Sequence record: PP434423.1
Length of the DNA stretch: 64,000 nucleotides
Origin: Escherichia phage 236Ecol005PP
Direction: 5' to 3' (one strand)
The notes below the pieces were generated by a model. The model saw nothing but the letters and a program-made list of their open reading frames with translations, did no database searches and was not told where the DNA came from. Position numbers and translations under genes: made by a program. Below are positions 41,988 to 54,033 of the stretch, piece after piece; positions within the stretch are counted from its first letter, which is position 1, and every line of letters starts with the position of its first letter.

Positions 41988-42086
41988 TTTTATTTCCTTT
42001 TTAATTTAATTAACAGTTGGTGCTATGACGATGTATGACCTCATAGCTGGTCAGTGAGATAATTATAATCTATTTATAATAAGCAA
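41988..42086 (-). promoter_or_regulatory. gene 32 leader: late promoter, candidate middle promoter and translational operator region
   Basis: TATAAATA on minus strand at about 42071-42078; A/U-rich leader with potential pseudoknot-forming stems; T4 gene 32 is autoregulated at translation. Confidence 0.45.
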
Positions 42087-42740
42087 TTAATACTTGCAAG
42101 ATTTCACAGTTTCAATGAAAACACTTTTAGCTTTCTGTGAATCAATATTTAAAATTTTTCTATAAGCCTTTAACTTTATAGAATAATTATTCCAGACTAA
42201 ATTATCAGTCTGTTCATCATGTTTATCAATTATATTTAAAAACGAATCAAGCAAGATAAACGTCTCAAACGAAATTATATTCGATTGAAGCAGTTTAAAA
42301 ATATAACTTGATTGAACTTTTGGATTATACTCAAAGATTTCTTTAAAAGCAGAAACTTCAACTTTTTTACTAAAATAATAAATGTTGCGAATATCTTCTT
42401 CAAACTTAAATTTAATTTGCTTTAAGCGTCCGATATATTCACGATAAAACACAAGTGCATCAGCGTCAGAGATGTCACCAATCCAAGCATCTTGGTTAGC
42501 AACAAGATTGCTTATAAAGATTAAAGCAAGTTCCTTTAATTTATATTTTTCTGATAACTTCTGGAAAAAATACTTATCCCTTCGCTTTTGATAAGCGGCA
42601 TCAGACACCCGCATGCACCAATTATACTTAATTACATCATACTTTCCATTCATATGTTGTTTTATCATTAAGTATAATTTATAAACTGATTTACCATCAA
42701 TGTATCTTTCACCACCAGCAGGCATGCGGAGTTTAATCAT
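42087..42740 (-). CDS. 59: gp59 helicase loader
   Basis: 217-aa ORF, synteny. Confidence 0.9.
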   Translation of the reverse strand: MIKLRMPAGGERYIDGKSVYKLYLMIKQHMNGKYDVIKYNWCMRVSDAAYQKRRDKYFFQKLSEKYKLKELALIFISNLVANQDAWIGDISDADALVFYREYIGRLKQIKFKFEEDIRNIYYFSKKVEVSAFKEIFEYNPKVQSSYIFKLLQSNIISFETFILLDSFLNIIDKHDEQTDNLVWNNYSIKLKAYRKILNIDSQKAKSVFIETVKSCKY

Positions 42741-43075
42741 AGTAGAAAATCTAATGTATTAGTTTTTTCACAACGAACAACAGAAGGACGTAAAAGATTT
42801 TCGTCGATAGCTTCTGACTGAATTTTTTCAATTATACCCGAAGGAATAAATTTAGCAAATTGAGTTTCAGGAATAGAATTTTCTTCCAAGAATGCTGTTG
42901 TAGCTTCAAGATAACTCATTCCAAACTCTTCTACCATTTTTTCAATAATAAATCCATTTTCTTGGCGGTCAAGAAGCTTTGCTATTTCATCCTTTTCTTT
43001 CTTAATTGAAAGTTCTTTTTCTGAAAGACCGGTCTCATCGACCGGACGAATATCATTTAGAGAAAACTGTGTCAT
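42737..43075 (-). CDS. 33: gp33 late transcription co-activator
   Basis: ORF-track ORF trimmed to the MTQFSL start (112 aa). Confidence 0.8.
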   Translation of the reverse strand: MTQFSLNDIRPVDETGLSEKELSIKKEKDEIAKLLDRQENGFIIEKMVEEFGMSYLEATTAFLEENSIPETQFAKFIPSGIIEKIQSEAIDENLLRPSVVRCEKTNTLDFLL

Positions 43076-43322
43076 AAAGTTCAACTACCTCTTCGGTTTC
43101 AGCTTCAAACACATCACGGTTATCTTTATGATACAAAGCTAAAAGACGATTAAACATCTTACCATCAACGCCAAGTTCATCTTTGGCACGAATTCGAATG
43201 TCTTTAATCAATTCATTATAACCGGAAATTTTCAGTTTATGATCAGATGCTTCTTTGATAAATTTAGCTAAGTCTTCGCCATGGATAGCTTCATCAAATT
43301 CAACCATTTCTTTTTTAGCCAT
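43053..43322 (-). CDS. dsbA: DsbA double-stranded DNA-binding protein
   Basis: 89-aa ORF, synteny. Confidence 0.75.
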   Translation of the reverse strand: MAKKEMVEFDEAIHGEDLAKFIKEASDHKLKISGYNELIKDIRIRAKDELGVDGKMFNRLLALYHKDNRDVFEAETEEVVELYDTVFSK

Positions 43323-43330
43323 TATTCACC

Positions 43331-44248
43331 TCAAAATTCATTAATGCTATTAGTTAATTTAGAAAGACCCGCTTTTACAAAATATGAATAAATTTTGCCA
43401 CGCGGTGGTAATTTATATGAATTATAGTAATTCACAATGTTTGAAGCAATATTATCAGGAATATAATCAAAATCAATTAGAACTAAATTTTCTTTGTATC
43501 GATTATATTCAGATTCGGTGAGAAGCACCTTAGCTTGCTCACGGTCATTAGCAATAGCTTCAACAATAGAGGTTTTCATTGAAGGAGTTCGTTCACCTTC
43601 AACTCTGGTAAACCAAAAATCAGATCGTACTTTAACTGAAGCAACGTTATCCTTTTTGTCGCCTTTAAGGATTTTAGTCATACAGTCAATTTCAGCAGAA
43701 CCGCTTTTAATTTTAACCCATTTCTTATGCATCGGTGACCATTGCTTAACATTTGGGTATTTGTGAAGTTGAGTAAAGTCACCATCCGACGAAATGATTA
43801 AAATCTTATGTCCTTCTAAAGAGAACTTTTTAACAAGAACAGCAATATGGTCATCTGCTTCATACTTATCAATATCCATAACGATGTATGGCATATAAGT
43901 TTTCAATTCATCTATAACTTTATGACTGGATTCAAAATAACCTTCCCAATCCCAAGTAGATTCTTCTCGTGCTTTTCCACGGTTTTTCTTATAATAATAA
44001 GCAAAATCACGACGCCAGTATCCAGATTTCGCGTTATCAATACACAATACAATTTTAGTGTATCCAAGAGTTTTTGCTTTTTTGACATTAAACTTAATTG
44101 AGTTCAATATCAAATGACGAACCATTGATAAATTAATTTTTTCTTTATCTGGGAAGTTTACCAAAGCAGTTGAAAGCGCAATTTGACTAAAGTCAATTAA
44201 GCAGATTCCTTCTTTGTAATCTTCATCCAGCATCATTTCTAAATCCAT
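43331..44248 (-). CDS. rnh: RNase H (5'-3' exonuclease)
   Basis: ORF-track start is TTG; ATG at 44248 with GAGG RBS gives the 305-aa product. Confidence 0.9.
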   Translation of the reverse strand: MDLEMMLDEDYKEGICLIDFSQIALSTALVNFPDKEKINLSMVRHLILNSIKFNVKKAKTLGYTKIVLCIDNAKSGYWRRDFAYYYKKNRGKAREESTWDWEGYFESSHKVIDELKTYMPYIVMDIDKYEADDHIAVLVKKFSLEGHKILIISSDGDFTQLHKYPNVKQWSPMHKKWVKIKSGSAEIDCMTKILKGDKKDNVASVKVRSDFWFTRVEGERTPSMKTSIVEAIANDREQAKVLLTESEYNRYKENLVLIDFDYIPDNIASNIVNYYNSYKLPPRGKIYSYFVKAGLSKLTNSINEF

Positions 44249-44277
44249 ATGAACCTCGTTCAATTAGTGAGATTTCT

Positions 44278-44307
44278 ATTATATACCATCCAAATCTTAA
44301 AGTAAAC
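44278..44307 (-). promoter_or_regulatory. T4-type early promoter for rnh
   Basis: GTTTACT, 17 nt, TGgTATAAT. Confidence 0.5.
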
Positions 44308-44310
44308 AAG

Positions 44311-44318
44311 TATAAATA
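44311..44318 (+). promoter_or_regulatory. late promoter TATAAATA for gene 34
   Basis: exact motif 35 nt upstream of gene 34 ATG. Confidence 0.6.
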
Positions 44319-44352
44319 CTTATTATTGAAAACACAATAGGAGCCCGGGAGA

Positions 44353-47300
44353 ATGGCCGAGATTAAAAGAAAGTTCAGAGCAGAAGATGGTCTGGACGCA
44401 GGTGGCGATAAAATAATCAACGTAGCTTTAGCTGATCGTACCGTAGGAACTGACGGTGTTAACGTTGATTACTTAATTCAAGAAAACACAGTTCAACAAT
44501 ACGATCCAACTCGTGGATATTTAAAAGATTTTGTAATCATTTATGATAACCGCTTTTGGGCTGCTATAAATGATATTCCAAAACCGGCAGGAGCTTTTAA
44601 TAGCGGACGCTGGAGAGCATTACGTACTGATGCTAACTGGATCACAGTTTCATCTGGTTCATATCAATTAAAATCCGGTGAAGCGATTTCGGTTAACACT
44701 GCAGCCGGTAATGATATTACATTTACTTTACCATCTTCCCCAATTGACGGTGACACTATCGTTCTCCAAGATATTGGAGGAAAACCTGGAGTTAATCAAG
44801 TTTTAATTGTAGCTCCAGTGCAAAGTATTGTAAACTTTAGAGGTGAACAGGTACGTTCAGTACTAATGACTCATCCAAAATCACAGATAGTTTTAATTTT
44901 TAGTAATCGTCTGTGGCAAATGTATGTTGCTGATTATAGTAGAGAAGCTATAGTTGTAACACCAGCGAATACTTATCAAGCGCAATCCAACGATTTTATC
45001 GTGCGTAGATTTACTTCTGCTGCACCAATTAATGTTAAACTTCCAAGATTTGCTAATCATGGCGATATTATTAATTTCGTCGATTTAGATAAACTAAATC
45101 CGCTTTATCATACAATTGTTACTACATACGATGAAACGACTTCAATACAAGAAGTTGGAACTCATTCCATTGAAGGCCGTACAACGATTGACGGTTTCTT
45201 GATGTTTGATGATAATGAGAAATTGTGGAGATGGTTTGACGGGGATAGTAAAGCGCGTTTACGCATTATAACGACTAATTCTAATATTCGTCCAAATGAA
45301 GAAGTTATGGTATTTGGTGCGAATAACGGAACAGCTCAGACAATTGAACTTCAGCTTCCTACTGATATCTCTGTTGGTGATACTGTTAAAATTTCCATGA
45401 ATTACATGAGAAAAGGACAAACAGTTAAAATCAAAGCTGCCGGTGAAGATAAAATTGCTTCTTCAGTTCAATTGCTGCAATTCCCAAAACGTTCAGAATA
45501 TCCGCCTGAAACTAAATGGGTAACTGTTCAAGAATTAGTTTTTAATGGTGAAACTAATTATGTTCCAGTTTTACAACTTGCTTATATAGAAGATTCTGAT
45601 GGAAAATACTGGGTTGTACAGCAAAACGTTCCAACTGTAGAAAGAGTAGATTCTTTAAATGATTCTACTAGAGCAAGATTAGGCGTAATTGCTTTAGCTA
45701 CACAAGCTCAAGCTAATGTTGATTTAGAAAATTCTCCACAAAAAGAATTAGCAATTACTCCAGAAACGTTAGCTAATCGTACTGCTACTGAAACTCGTAG
45801 AGGTATCGCAAGAATAGCAACTACTGCTCAAGTGAATCAGAACACCACATTCTCTTTTGCTGATGATCTTATCATTACTCCTAAAAAGCTGAATGAAAGA
45901 ACTGCTACAGAAACTCGCAGAGGTGTTGCTGAAATTGCTACGCAGCAAGAAACTAATACAGGTACTGATGATACTACAATCATCACTCCTAAAAAGCTTC
46001 AAGCTCGTCAGGGTTCTGAATCATTATCTGGTATTGTAACTTTTGTATCTACTGCAGGTGCTACTCCAGCTTCTAGCCGTGAATTAAATGGTACGAATGT
46101 TTATAATAAAAACACTAATAATTTAGTTGTTTCACCTAAAGCTTTGGATCAGTATAAAGCTACTCCAACACAGCAAGGTGCAGTAATTTTAGCAGTTGAA
46201 AGTGAAGTAATTGCTGGACAAAGTCAGCAAGGATGGGCAAATGCGGTTGTAACACCAGAAACGTTACATAAAAAGACATCAACTGATGGAAGAATTGGTT
46301 TAATTGAAATTGCTACGCAAAGCGAAGTTAATACAGGAACTGATTATACTCGTGCAGTCACTCCTAAAACTTTAAATGACCGTAGAGCAACTGAAAGTTT
46401 AAGTGGTATAGCTGAAATTGCTACACAAGTTGAATTCGACGCAGGCGTCGACGATACTCGTATCTCTACACCATTAAAAATTAAAACCAGATTTAATAGT
46501 ACTGATCGTACTTCTGTTGTTGCTCTATCTGGATTAGTTGAATCAGGAACTCTCTGGGACCATTATACCCTTAATATTCTTGAAGCAAATGAGACACAGC
46601 GTGGTACACTTCGTGTAGCTACACAAGTTGAAGCTGCTGCAGGAACATTAGATAATGTTTTAATAACTCCTAAAAAGCTTTTAGGTACTAAATCTACCGA
46701 ATCGCAAGAAGGTGTTATTAAAGTTGCGACTCAGTCTGAAACTGTAACTGGAACGTCAGCAAATACTGCTGTATCTCCAAAAAATTTAAAATGGATTGCG
46801 CAGAGTGAACCTACTTGGGCAGCTACTACTGCGATAAGAGGCTTTGTTAAAACTTCATCTGGTTCAATTACATTCGTTGGTAATGACACAGTTGGTTCTA
46901 CACAGAACTTAGAGCTATACGAGAAAAATAGCTATGCAGTATCACCATATGAATTAAACCGCGTATTAGCAAATTATTTGCCGTTAAAAGCAAAAGCCGC
47001 TGACACAAATTTATTGGATGGTCTAGATTCATCCCAGTTCATTCGTAGGGATATTGCACAGACGGTTAATGGTTCACTAACCTTAACCCAACAAACGAAT
47101 CTGAGTGCCCCTCTTGTATCATCTAGTACTGCTACGTTTGGTGGATCAGTTTCGGCAAATAGTACATTAACTATTTCTAATACTGGAACGGCAACTCGTC
47201 TGATTTTTGAGAAAGGACCTCAGACTGGAACTAACCCAGTACAGACGATGACTATCAGAGTTTGGGGAAATCAGTTTGGTGGCGGTTCAGATACAACACG

Positions 47301-48222
47301 TTCTACTGTATTTGAAGTTGGTGATGAAACTTCTAATCACTTTTATTCTCAACGTAATAAAGCTGGGAATATAACGTTTAGTATCAATGGTACTGTGATG
47401 CCGATAAACGTTAATGCTTCGGGTTCTTTGAACGCGGGCGGCGTTGCAACATTTGGTAGTTCAGTTACTGCTAATGGTGAATTCATCAGCAAGTCTGCAA
47501 ATGCCTTTAGAGCTATTAATGGTAATTACGGATTCTTTATTCGCAATGATGGCACTAATACCTATTTTTTGCTCACTGCATCTGGTGATCAGACTGGCGG
47601 ATTTAATGGATTACGTCCTTTAGCTATTAACAATCAGTCCGGTCAAGTAACGATTGGTGAAAGCTTAATCATTGCCAAAGGTGCTACTATAAATTCAGGT
47701 GGTTTGACTGTTAACTCGAGAATTCGTTCTCAAGGCACTAAAACATCTAATTTATATACTCGTGCACCAACATCTGATACTGTAGGATTCTGGTCAATCG
47801 ATGTTAATGATTCAGCTACTTATAACCAGTTCCCAGGTTATTTTAAAATGGTTGAAAAAACTAATGAAGTGACTGGACTTCCATACTTAGAACGCGGAGA
47901 AGAGGTTAAATCTCCTGGTACATTGACTCAGTTTGGTAACACACTTGATTCGCTTTACCAAGATTGGATTACTTATCCAACGACTCCAGAAGCACGTACC
48001 ACTCGCTGGACACGCACATGGCAGAAAACCAAAAACTCCTGGTCAAGTTTTGTTCAGGTATTTGACGGAGGTAACCCTCCTCAACCATCTGATATTGGTG
48101 CTTTACCATCTGATAATGCTACAATGGGGAATCTTACTATTCGTGATTTCTTACGAATTGGTAATGTTCGCATTATTCCTGACCCAGTGAATAAAACGGT
48201 TAAATTTGAATGGGTTGAATAA
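44353..48222 (+). CDS. 34: long tail fibre proximal subunit gp34
   Basis: 1289-aa ORF with repeated ~35-aa fibre motifs. Confidence 0.9.
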   Translation: MAEIKRKFRAEDGLDAGGDKIINVALADRTVGTDGVNVDYLIQENTVQQYDPTRGYLKDFVIIYDNRFWAAINDIPKPAGAFNSGRWRALRTDANWITVSSGSYQLKSGEAISVNTAAGNDITFTLPSSPIDGDTIVLQDIGGKPGVNQVLIVAPVQSIVNFRGEQVRSVLMTHPKSQIVLIFSNRLWQMYVADYSREAIVVTPANTYQAQSNDFIVRRFTSAAPINVKLPRFANHGDIINFVDLDKLNPLYHTIVTTYDETTSIQEVGTHSIEGRTTIDGFLMFDDNEKLWRWFDGDSKARLRIITTNSNIRPNEEVMVFGANNGTAQTIELQLPTDISVGDTVKISMNYMRKGQTVKIKAAGEDKIASSVQLLQFPKRSEYPPETKWVTVQELVFNGETNYVPVLQLAYIEDSDGKYWVVQQNVPTVERVDSLNDSTRARLGVIALATQAQANVDLENSPQKELAITPETLANRTATETRRGIARIATTAQVNQNTTFSFADDLIITPKKLNERTATETRRGVAEIATQQETNTGTDDTTIITPKKLQARQGSESLSGIVTFVSTAGATPASSRELNGTNVYNKNTNNLVVSPKALDQYKATPTQQGAVILAVESEVIAGQSQQGWANAVVTPETLHKKTSTDGRIGLIEIATQSEVNTGTDYTRAVTPKTLNDRRATESLSGIAEIATQVEFDAGVDDTRISTPLKIKTRFNSTDRTSVVALSGLVESGTLWDHYTLNILEANETQRGTLRVATQVEAAAGTLDNVLITPKKLLGTKSTESQEGVIKVATQSETVTGTSANTAVSPKNLKWIAQSEPTWAATTAIRGFVKTSSGSITFVGNDTVGSTQNLELYEKNSYAVSPYELNRVLANYLPLKAKAADTNLLDGLDSSQFIRRDIAQTVNGSLTLTQQTNLSAPLVSSSTATFGGSVSANSTLTISNTGTATRLIFEKGPQTGTNPVQTMTIRVWGNQFGGGSDTTRSTVFEVGDETSNHFYSQRNKAGNITFSINGTVMPINVNASGSLNAGGVATFGSSVTANGEFISKSANAFRAINGNYGFFIRNDGTNTYFLLTASGDQTGGFNGLRPLAINNQSGQVTIGESLIIAKGATINSGGLTVNSRIRSQGTKTSNLYTRAPTSDTVGFWSIDVNDSATYNQFPGYFKMVEKTNEVTGLPYLERGEEVKSPGTLTQFGNTLDSLYQDWITYPTTPEARTTRWTRTWQKTKNSWSSFVQVFDGGNPPQPSDIGALPSDNATMGNLTIRDFLRIGNVRIIPDPVNKTVKFEWVE

Positions 48223-48230
48223 GAGGTATT

Positions 48231-49346
48231 ATGGAAAAATTTATGGCAGAGTTTGGACAAGGATATGTCCAAACGCCATTTTTATCGGAAAGTAATTCAG
48301 TAAGATACAAAATAAGTATAGCGGGTTCTTGCCCGCTTTCTACTGCAGGACCATACGTTAAATTTCAGGATAATCCTGTCGGAAATCAAACATTTAGCGC
48401 CGGTCTTCATTTAAGAGTTTTTGACCCTTCTACAGGAGCATTAGTTGATAGTAAGTCATATGCTTTTTCGACTTCAGATGATACTACATCAGCTGCTTTT
48501 GTTAGTTTCATGAATTCTTTGACGAATAATAGACTTGTTGCTATATTAACTAACGGAAAAGTTAATTTTCCTCCTGAAGTAGTATCTTGGATAAGAACCG
48601 CAGGAACGTCTGCTTTTCCATCTGATTCTATATTGTCAAGATTCGACGTATCATATGCTGCTTTTTACACTTCTTCTAAAAGAGCTATTGCATTAGAGCA
48701 TGTTAAATTAAGTAATAGAAAAAGCACAGATGATTATCAAACTATTTTAGATGTTGTATTTGACAGTTTAGAAGACGTTGGAGCTACAGGATTTCCTAAA
48801 AGAACATACGAAAGCGTTGAGCAATTTATGTCGGCAGTTGGTGGAACTAATAACGAAATTGCGCGATTACCAACTTCAGCTGCTATAAGTAAACTCTCTG
48901 ATTATAATTTAATTCCTGGCGATGTGCTTTATCTTAAAGCTCAATTATATGCTGATGCTGATTTACTTGCGCTTGGAACTACAAATATATCTATCCGTTT
49001 TTATAATGCATCTAACGGATATATTTCCTCGACACAAGCTGAGTTTACCGGACAAGCTGGGTCTTGGGAATTAAAGGAAGATTATGTAGTTGTTCCAGAA
49101 AATGCTGTGGGATTTACGATATATGCACAAAGAACTGCACAAGCCGGTCAAGGTGGTATGAGGAATTTAAGCTTTTCTGAAGTGTCAAGAAATGGAGGTA
49201 TTTCGAAACCTGCTGAATTTGGCGTCAACGGCATTCGTGTTAATTATATCTGTGAATCTGCTTCACCTCCGGATATAATGGTACTTCCTACGCAAGCATC
49301 GTCTAAAACTGGTAAAGTGTTTGGGCAAGAATTTAGAGAAGTATAA
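48231..49346 (+). CDS. 35: long tail fibre hinge protein gp35
   Basis: 371-aa ORF, synteny. Confidence 0.85.
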   Translation: MEKFMAEFGQGYVQTPFLSESNSVRYKISIAGSCPLSTAGPYVKFQDNPVGNQTFSAGLHLRVFDPSTGALVDSKSYAFSTSDDTTSAAFVSFMNSLTNNRLVAILTNGKVNFPPEVVSWIRTAGTSAFPSDSILSRFDVSYAAFYTSSKRAIALEHVKLSNRKSTDDYQTILDVVFDSLEDVGATGFPKRTYESVEQFMSAVGGTNNEIARLPTSAAISKLSDYNLIPGDVLYLKAQLYADADLLALGTTNISIRFYNASNGYISSTQAEFTGQAGSWELKEDYVVVPENAVGFTIYAQRTAQAGQGGMRNLSFSEVSRNGGISKPAEFGVNGIRVNYICESASPPDIMVLPTQASSKTGKVFGQEFREV

Positions 49347-49351
49347 ATTGA

Positions 49352-49375
49352 GGGAGCCTTCGGGTTCCCTTTTTC
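49352..49375 (+). terminator. intrinsic terminator after gene 35
   Basis: GGGAGCC-TTCG-GGTTCCC hairpin followed by TTTTT. Confidence 0.6.
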
Positions 49376-49377
49376 TT

Positions 49378-49385
49378 TATAAATA
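49378..49385 (+). promoter_or_regulatory. late promoter TATAAATA for gene 36
   Basis: exact motif 23 nt upstream of gene 36 ATG. Confidence 0.6.
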
Positions 49386-49408
49386 CTATTAAAATAAAGG
49401 GGCATACA

Positions 49409-50071
49409 ATGGCTGATTTAAAAGTAGGTTCAACAACTGGAGGCTCTGTCATTTGGCATCAAGGAAATTTTCCATTGAATCCAGCCGGTGACGATGTACT
49501 CTATAAATCATTTAAAATATATTCAGAATATAATAAACCACAAGCTGCAGATAACGATTTCGTTTCTAAAGCTAATGGTGGTACTTACGCCGCGACCGTT
49601 CGATTTAATGGAGGAGTACATGTTCCTACTATAGGTAGTAGTCAACAGTGTGGTGTTTATCCAGGTAACGGTGATGCAGCTACTTTTGCTATGGCAAATA
49701 TTGACATCGTTTCGTGGAATGGTATTGGTTTTAAATCATCACAAGGTTCAGCAGACCGAACTGTTGTTGTTAACACTCGTACTGGTGATATCAGCACTAA
49801 GGGTGGTATTTATGCAACTGGACCCGTCCGTTCTAACGTTACGGCTCCAGTTGCAGCAAATGACCTTACTAGAAAGGACTATGTTGATGGAGCAATAAAT
49901 ACTGTTACGGCAAATGCGAACTCTAGAGTGTTACGATCTGGCGACACTATGACGGGTAACTTAACCGCACCAAACTTTTTCTCGCAGAATCCTGCATCTC
50001 AACCTTCACACGTTCCACGATTTGACCAAATCGTAATTAAGGATTCTGTTCAAGATTTCGGCTATTATTAA
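49409..50071 (+). CDS. 36: long tail fibre distal connector gp36
   Basis: 220-aa ORF, synteny. Confidence 0.85.
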   Translation: MADLKVGSTTGGSVIWHQGNFPLNPAGDDVLYKSFKIYSEYNKPQAADNDFVSKANGGTYAATVRFNGGVHVPTIGSSQQCGVYPGNGDAATFAMANIDIVSWNGIGFKSSQGSADRTVVVNTRTGDISTKGGIYATGPVRSNVTAPVAANDLTRKDYVDGAINTVTANANSRVLRSGDTMTGNLTAPNFFSQNPASQPSHVPRFDQIVIKDSVQDFGYY

Positions 50072-50079
50072 GAGGACTT

Positions 50080-53000
50080 ATGGCTACTTTAAAACAAATA
50101 CAATTTAAAAGAAGCAAAACCGCAGGTGCACGTCCTGCTGCTTCAGTATTAGCCGAAGGTGAATTGGCTATAAACTTAAAAGATAGAACAATTTTTACTA
50201 AAGACGATTCAGGAAATATCATTGATCTAGGTATTGCTAAAGGCGGTCAAATTGATGGAAATGTGACTATTGATGGAACTTTACGCGTCAATGGACCAAT
50301 AAACAACTTTGGAAATTTTTCTACAAGTGGTACTATCACGGCAAGTAATATTGTTTCTGCTACAGTATTCAGATCAACATCCGGTTCATTTTATACAAGA
50401 GCAATAAATGATACAGCAAATGCCCATCTTTGGTTTGAAAATACAAATGGATCAGAGAGAGGTGTTTTATATTCAAAACCACAGTCTGAAAATGAAGGCG
50501 TAATTACAATGCGTGTTCGCCAAGGAACCGCAGCAGGGGCTCAAAATTCAGAATTTCATTTCATTTCTACTGATGGCGGTATCTTCCAGGCACGCAAATT
50601 AACTGCTTTAACTTCTATTAGTACACCAACTATTAGTGTTAATTTAATTAATCATGATTCTAAAGCCTTTGGACAATATGATTCACAATCTTTGGTCAAC
50701 TATGTTTATCCTGGAACCGGTGAAACAAACGGTATAAACTATCTTCGTAAAGTTCGCGCTAAAGCTGCCGGAACCATGTGGCACGAAATCTGTACAGCTC
50801 AGACCGGCCAAGCAGATGAAATGTCTTGGTGGACAGGTAATACTCCATCATCTAAACAATATGGCATTCGTAATGACGGACGAATGGCAGGCCGTAATAG
50901 CCTTGCATTAGGTACATTCACTACGGGTTTCCCGTCTAGTGATTATGGTAACGTCGGTGTAATGGGCGATAAGTATCTTGTTCTCGGTGACACTGTAACC
51001 GGTCTGAAATATATTAAGCAAGGTGTTTATGATTTAGTTGGTGGAGGTTATTCCGTTGCATCTATTACCCCGGATAGTTTCCGTAGTACTCGTAAAGCAA
51101 TATTTGGACGCTCAGAAGACCAAGGTGCAACATGGATTATGCCTGGAACCAACGCTGCGGCTTTATCGGTTCAAACACAAGCTGATGAAAACACTGCTGG
51201 AGACGGCCAGACACATATTGGCTATAACTCAGGCGGTAAAATGAACCACTATTTCCGTGGTAAAGGCAAAACTAATATTAATACTCAAGAAGGCATGGAA
51301 GTTAACCCGGGTATTCTTAAACTAGTAACCGGTGCTAACAGTATTAGCTTTAACGCTGCAACAGGTAATATTGATTCTACATTAGCTTTTCGTCTTAATA
51401 AAGGTATAATTATTGATGGACCTGATAATCAGGGATTCCAATTTAATGCTCCGACGGCTGTAGATGGTACTAGAAGCATATACTGGAATAGTGGCACTCG
51501 CGCAGGTCAAAACAAAAACCCTGTTACAGTTAAAGTGTGGGGTAATTCATTTAACGCATCTGGTGATCGTAGTCGTGAAACCGTTTTTGAAGTAGCTGAT
51601 GGGCAAGGTTACCATTTTTATTCTCAACGCGTAGCTCCTGCACCTGGTTCGACTGTCGGGCCTATTCAACTCCGAGTTAATGGTGGTTTATTAACTTCAG
51701 GTAGTATTGTTACTTCTGGTTCTATTACAACCGAATCAAGCTTAGTTGCAAATAATGGATTGTCTGTAAATGGACAAGCTAAATTTGGCGGAACAGCAAA
51801 CGCACTAAGAATTTGGAACGCTGAATATGGTGCTATTTTCCGTCGTTCGGAAAGTAACTTTTATATTATTCCAACCAATCAAAATGAAGGCGAAAGCGGA
51901 GACATTCACAGCTCTTTGAGACCTGTGAGAATAGGATTAAACGATGGCATGGTTGGGTTAGGAAGAGATTCTTTTATAGTAGATCAAAATAATGCTTTAA
52001 CTACTATAAACAGTAACTCTCGCATTAATGCCAACTTTAGAATGCAATTAGGACAAAACGCTTATATAGATATTGAAGCTTCTGACGGCATTCGTCCAGC
52101 AGGGTGTGGTTCATTTGCATCCCAGAATGACGTAAACGTCAGAGCTCCAATTTATATGAATATAGAGCGTACTGCTACTTCTGAATATATTCCTATTGTT
52201 AAACAGCGTTATGTGCAAGGTGATAGCACTTATTCTATTGGGACATTAATTAATCAAGGAGATTTCCGTGTTCATTATCACCAGGGAACTAGCACCAATG
52301 GCGTAGATTTGAGTTGGGAATTCCGTCGCACAGGCGATTTCCGCGCGGCAGGTAAAATTATTGCCGGTGCTGCTACTCTTGGCACTGATGGTAATATCAC
52401 GGGCGGTTCAGGAAACTTTGCTAACTTGAATACAACTTTAAACCGTAAAGTGAATTCTGGTTTTATTACTTATGGAGCAACTGCAGGTTGGTACAAGTTT
52501 GCAACAGTAACAATGCCTCAAGCTACATCAACCGTTTCAATTACAGTCACTGGCGGAAATGGATTTAATTCTGGATCATTTAATCAGTGCGCAATTTCTG
52601 AAATTGTTCTTCGTACAGGAAACAATAATCCTAAAGGATTAAATGCTGTTCTATATAGAAGAGGACTAAATTCATTTAGAGATATTGCTTGGGTTAATAC
52701 ATCTGGTGATACATATGACATTTATGTTAATATGGGAACATATGCTAATCAGTTGATATTTAACTATAGTTCTGTTGATAACGCTACAGTTCAAATTATT
52801 GGCGCATTCAGTTCAGCCCAAAATCCTGTTGATGCATTGCCAGGAACATATATTAAAGGTCAGGTAGCAGATGTATTAACTAACTTAGTTGATTCTGGAA
52901 AAACGAAACGTTTTGTTGCTGAATCTGAAATAGCTGTTAATAATCAAACTGGATTACGTATTACGAGTAATGGTGATAAATCTGGTTCAAATTCAGTATT

Positions 53001-54003
53001 ATTCAGAAATGACGGTGGAAGTTTCTATATTTTACTGACCGACAAAAACTCTTCAGACGGCGATAATAAAGCAACTGAAGGTGATTGGAATGGAAAACGA
53101 CCGTTTTCAATTGATATGACTGCTGGTACTGTTCGTCTTGGCGAAAATACTTCTTTTAGTAAAGATGTTACTATTGATGGAAACATTAATTCACGAGTTA
53201 AAGTTGTCGGACAGTGGAATGTTAGCTTTTCTGATATTTCAGATGTGACTCGTGACCGTTCTGCATTTTTAGTGAATACGGGTGCTATAACAGCTACAAG
53301 CCAATCTTATTATCCATTGTTTTCTGGGTATAGTTATTTGAAAGATACTGGATATTGTCAATCATTTGAATTTGGATGGTTAGGTGTTTCTGGTACTTGG
53401 CGTCAAGGCATTATTCGCATGCGTGGTGACAGTACATCAGGGCAACAGGCTCGTTGGACTTTTGATATGGACGGAACATTTTATGCTCCTATACTATCAT
53501 GCGGATCTGCGAGAGCATTCGGTGTCAATACATCAAATGGTCTCGGTGGAAACAGTATAACATTTGGTGATAGCGATACTGGTATTAAGCAAAATGGCGA
53601 TGGATTATTAGACATATATGCGAACAACGTACAAGTATTCCGTTTCCAAAATGGCGATTTGTACTCATATAAAAATATAAATGCTCCAAACGTTTATATT
53701 CGTTCTGATATTCGTTTAAAATCCAACTTTAAACCTATCGAAAACGCACTTGATAAAGTTGAAAAACTTAACGGTGTCATTTACGATAAAGCTGAATACA
53801 TCGGTGGAGAGGCAATTGAAACTGAAGCGGGTATTGTGGCTCAAACTTTACAAGACGTTTTACCAGAAGCTGTCCGTGAAACAGAAGACAGTAAGGGTAA
53901 TAAAATACTCACTGTTTCTTCTCAAGCCCAGATTGCTCTTCTGGTTGAAGCTGTGAAAACACTTTCTGCTCGTGTAAAAGAACTTGAATCTAAACTTATG
54001 TAA
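50080..54003 (+). CDS. 37: long tail fibre distal subunit gp37 (T2-type, with C-terminal chaperone-like domain)
   Basis: 1307-aa ORF, longer than T4 gp37; C-terminal ~100 aa resemble intramolecular-chaperone domains of fibre proteins. Confidence 0.9.
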   Translation: MATLKQIQFKRSKTAGARPAASVLAEGELAINLKDRTIFTKDDSGNIIDLGIAKGGQIDGNVTIDGTLRVNGPINNFGNFSTSGTITASNIVSATVFRSTSGSFYTRAINDTANAHLWFENTNGSERGVLYSKPQSENEGVITMRVRQGTAAGAQNSEFHFISTDGGIFQARKLTALTSISTPTISVNLINHDSKAFGQYDSQSLVNYVYPGTGETNGINYLRKVRAKAAGTMWHEICTAQTGQADEMSWWTGNTPSSKQYGIRNDGRMAGRNSLALGTFTTGFPSSDYGNVGVMGDKYLVLGDTVTGLKYIKQGVYDLVGGGYSVASITPDSFRSTRKAIFGRSEDQGATWIMPGTNAAALSVQTQADENTAGDGQTHIGYNSGGKMNHYFRGKGKTNINTQEGMEVNPGILKLVTGANSISFNAATGNIDSTLAFRLNKGIIIDGPDNQGFQFNAPTAVDGTRSIYWNSGTRAGQNKNPVTVKVWGNSFNASGDRSRETVFEVADGQGYHFYSQRVAPAPGSTVGPIQLRVNGGLLTSGSIVTSGSITTESSLVANNGLSVNGQAKFGGTANALRIWNAEYGAIFRRSESNFYIIPTNQNEGESGDIHSSLRPVRIGLNDGMVGLGRDSFIVDQNNALTTINSNSRINANFRMQLGQNAYIDIEASDGIRPAGCGSFASQNDVNVRAPIYMNIERTATSEYIPIVKQRYVQGDSTYSIGTLINQGDFRVHYHQGTSTNGVDLSWEFRRTGDFRAAGKIIAGAATLGTDGNITGGSGNFANLNTTLNRKVNSGFITYGATAGWYKFATVTMPQATSTVSITVTGGNGFNSGSFNQCAISEIVLRTGNNNPKGLNAVLYRRGLNSFRDIAWVNTSGDTYDIYVNMGTYANQLIFNYSSVDNATVQIIGAFSSAQNPVDALPGTYIKGQVADVLTNLVDSGKTKRFVAESEIAVNNQTGLRITSNGDKSGSNSVLFRNDGGSFYILLTDKNSSDGDNKATEGDWNGKRPFSIDMTAGTVRLGENTSFSKDVTIDGNINSRVKVVGQWNVSFSDISDVTRDRSAFLVNTGAITATSQSYYPLFSGYSYLKDTGYCQSFEFGWLGVSGTWRQGIIRMRGDSTSGQQARWTFDMDGTFYAPILSCGSARAFGVNTSNGLGGNSITFGDSDTGIKQNGDGLLDIYANNVQVFRFQNGDLYSYKNINAPNVYIRSDIRLKSNFKPIENALDKVEKLNGVIYDKAEYIGGEAIETEAGIVAQTLQDVLPEAVRETEDSKGNKILTVSSQAQIALLVEAVKTLSARVKELESKLM

Positions 54004-54033
54004 AAGAGGGCTTCGGCCCTCTAAGGATTTTTA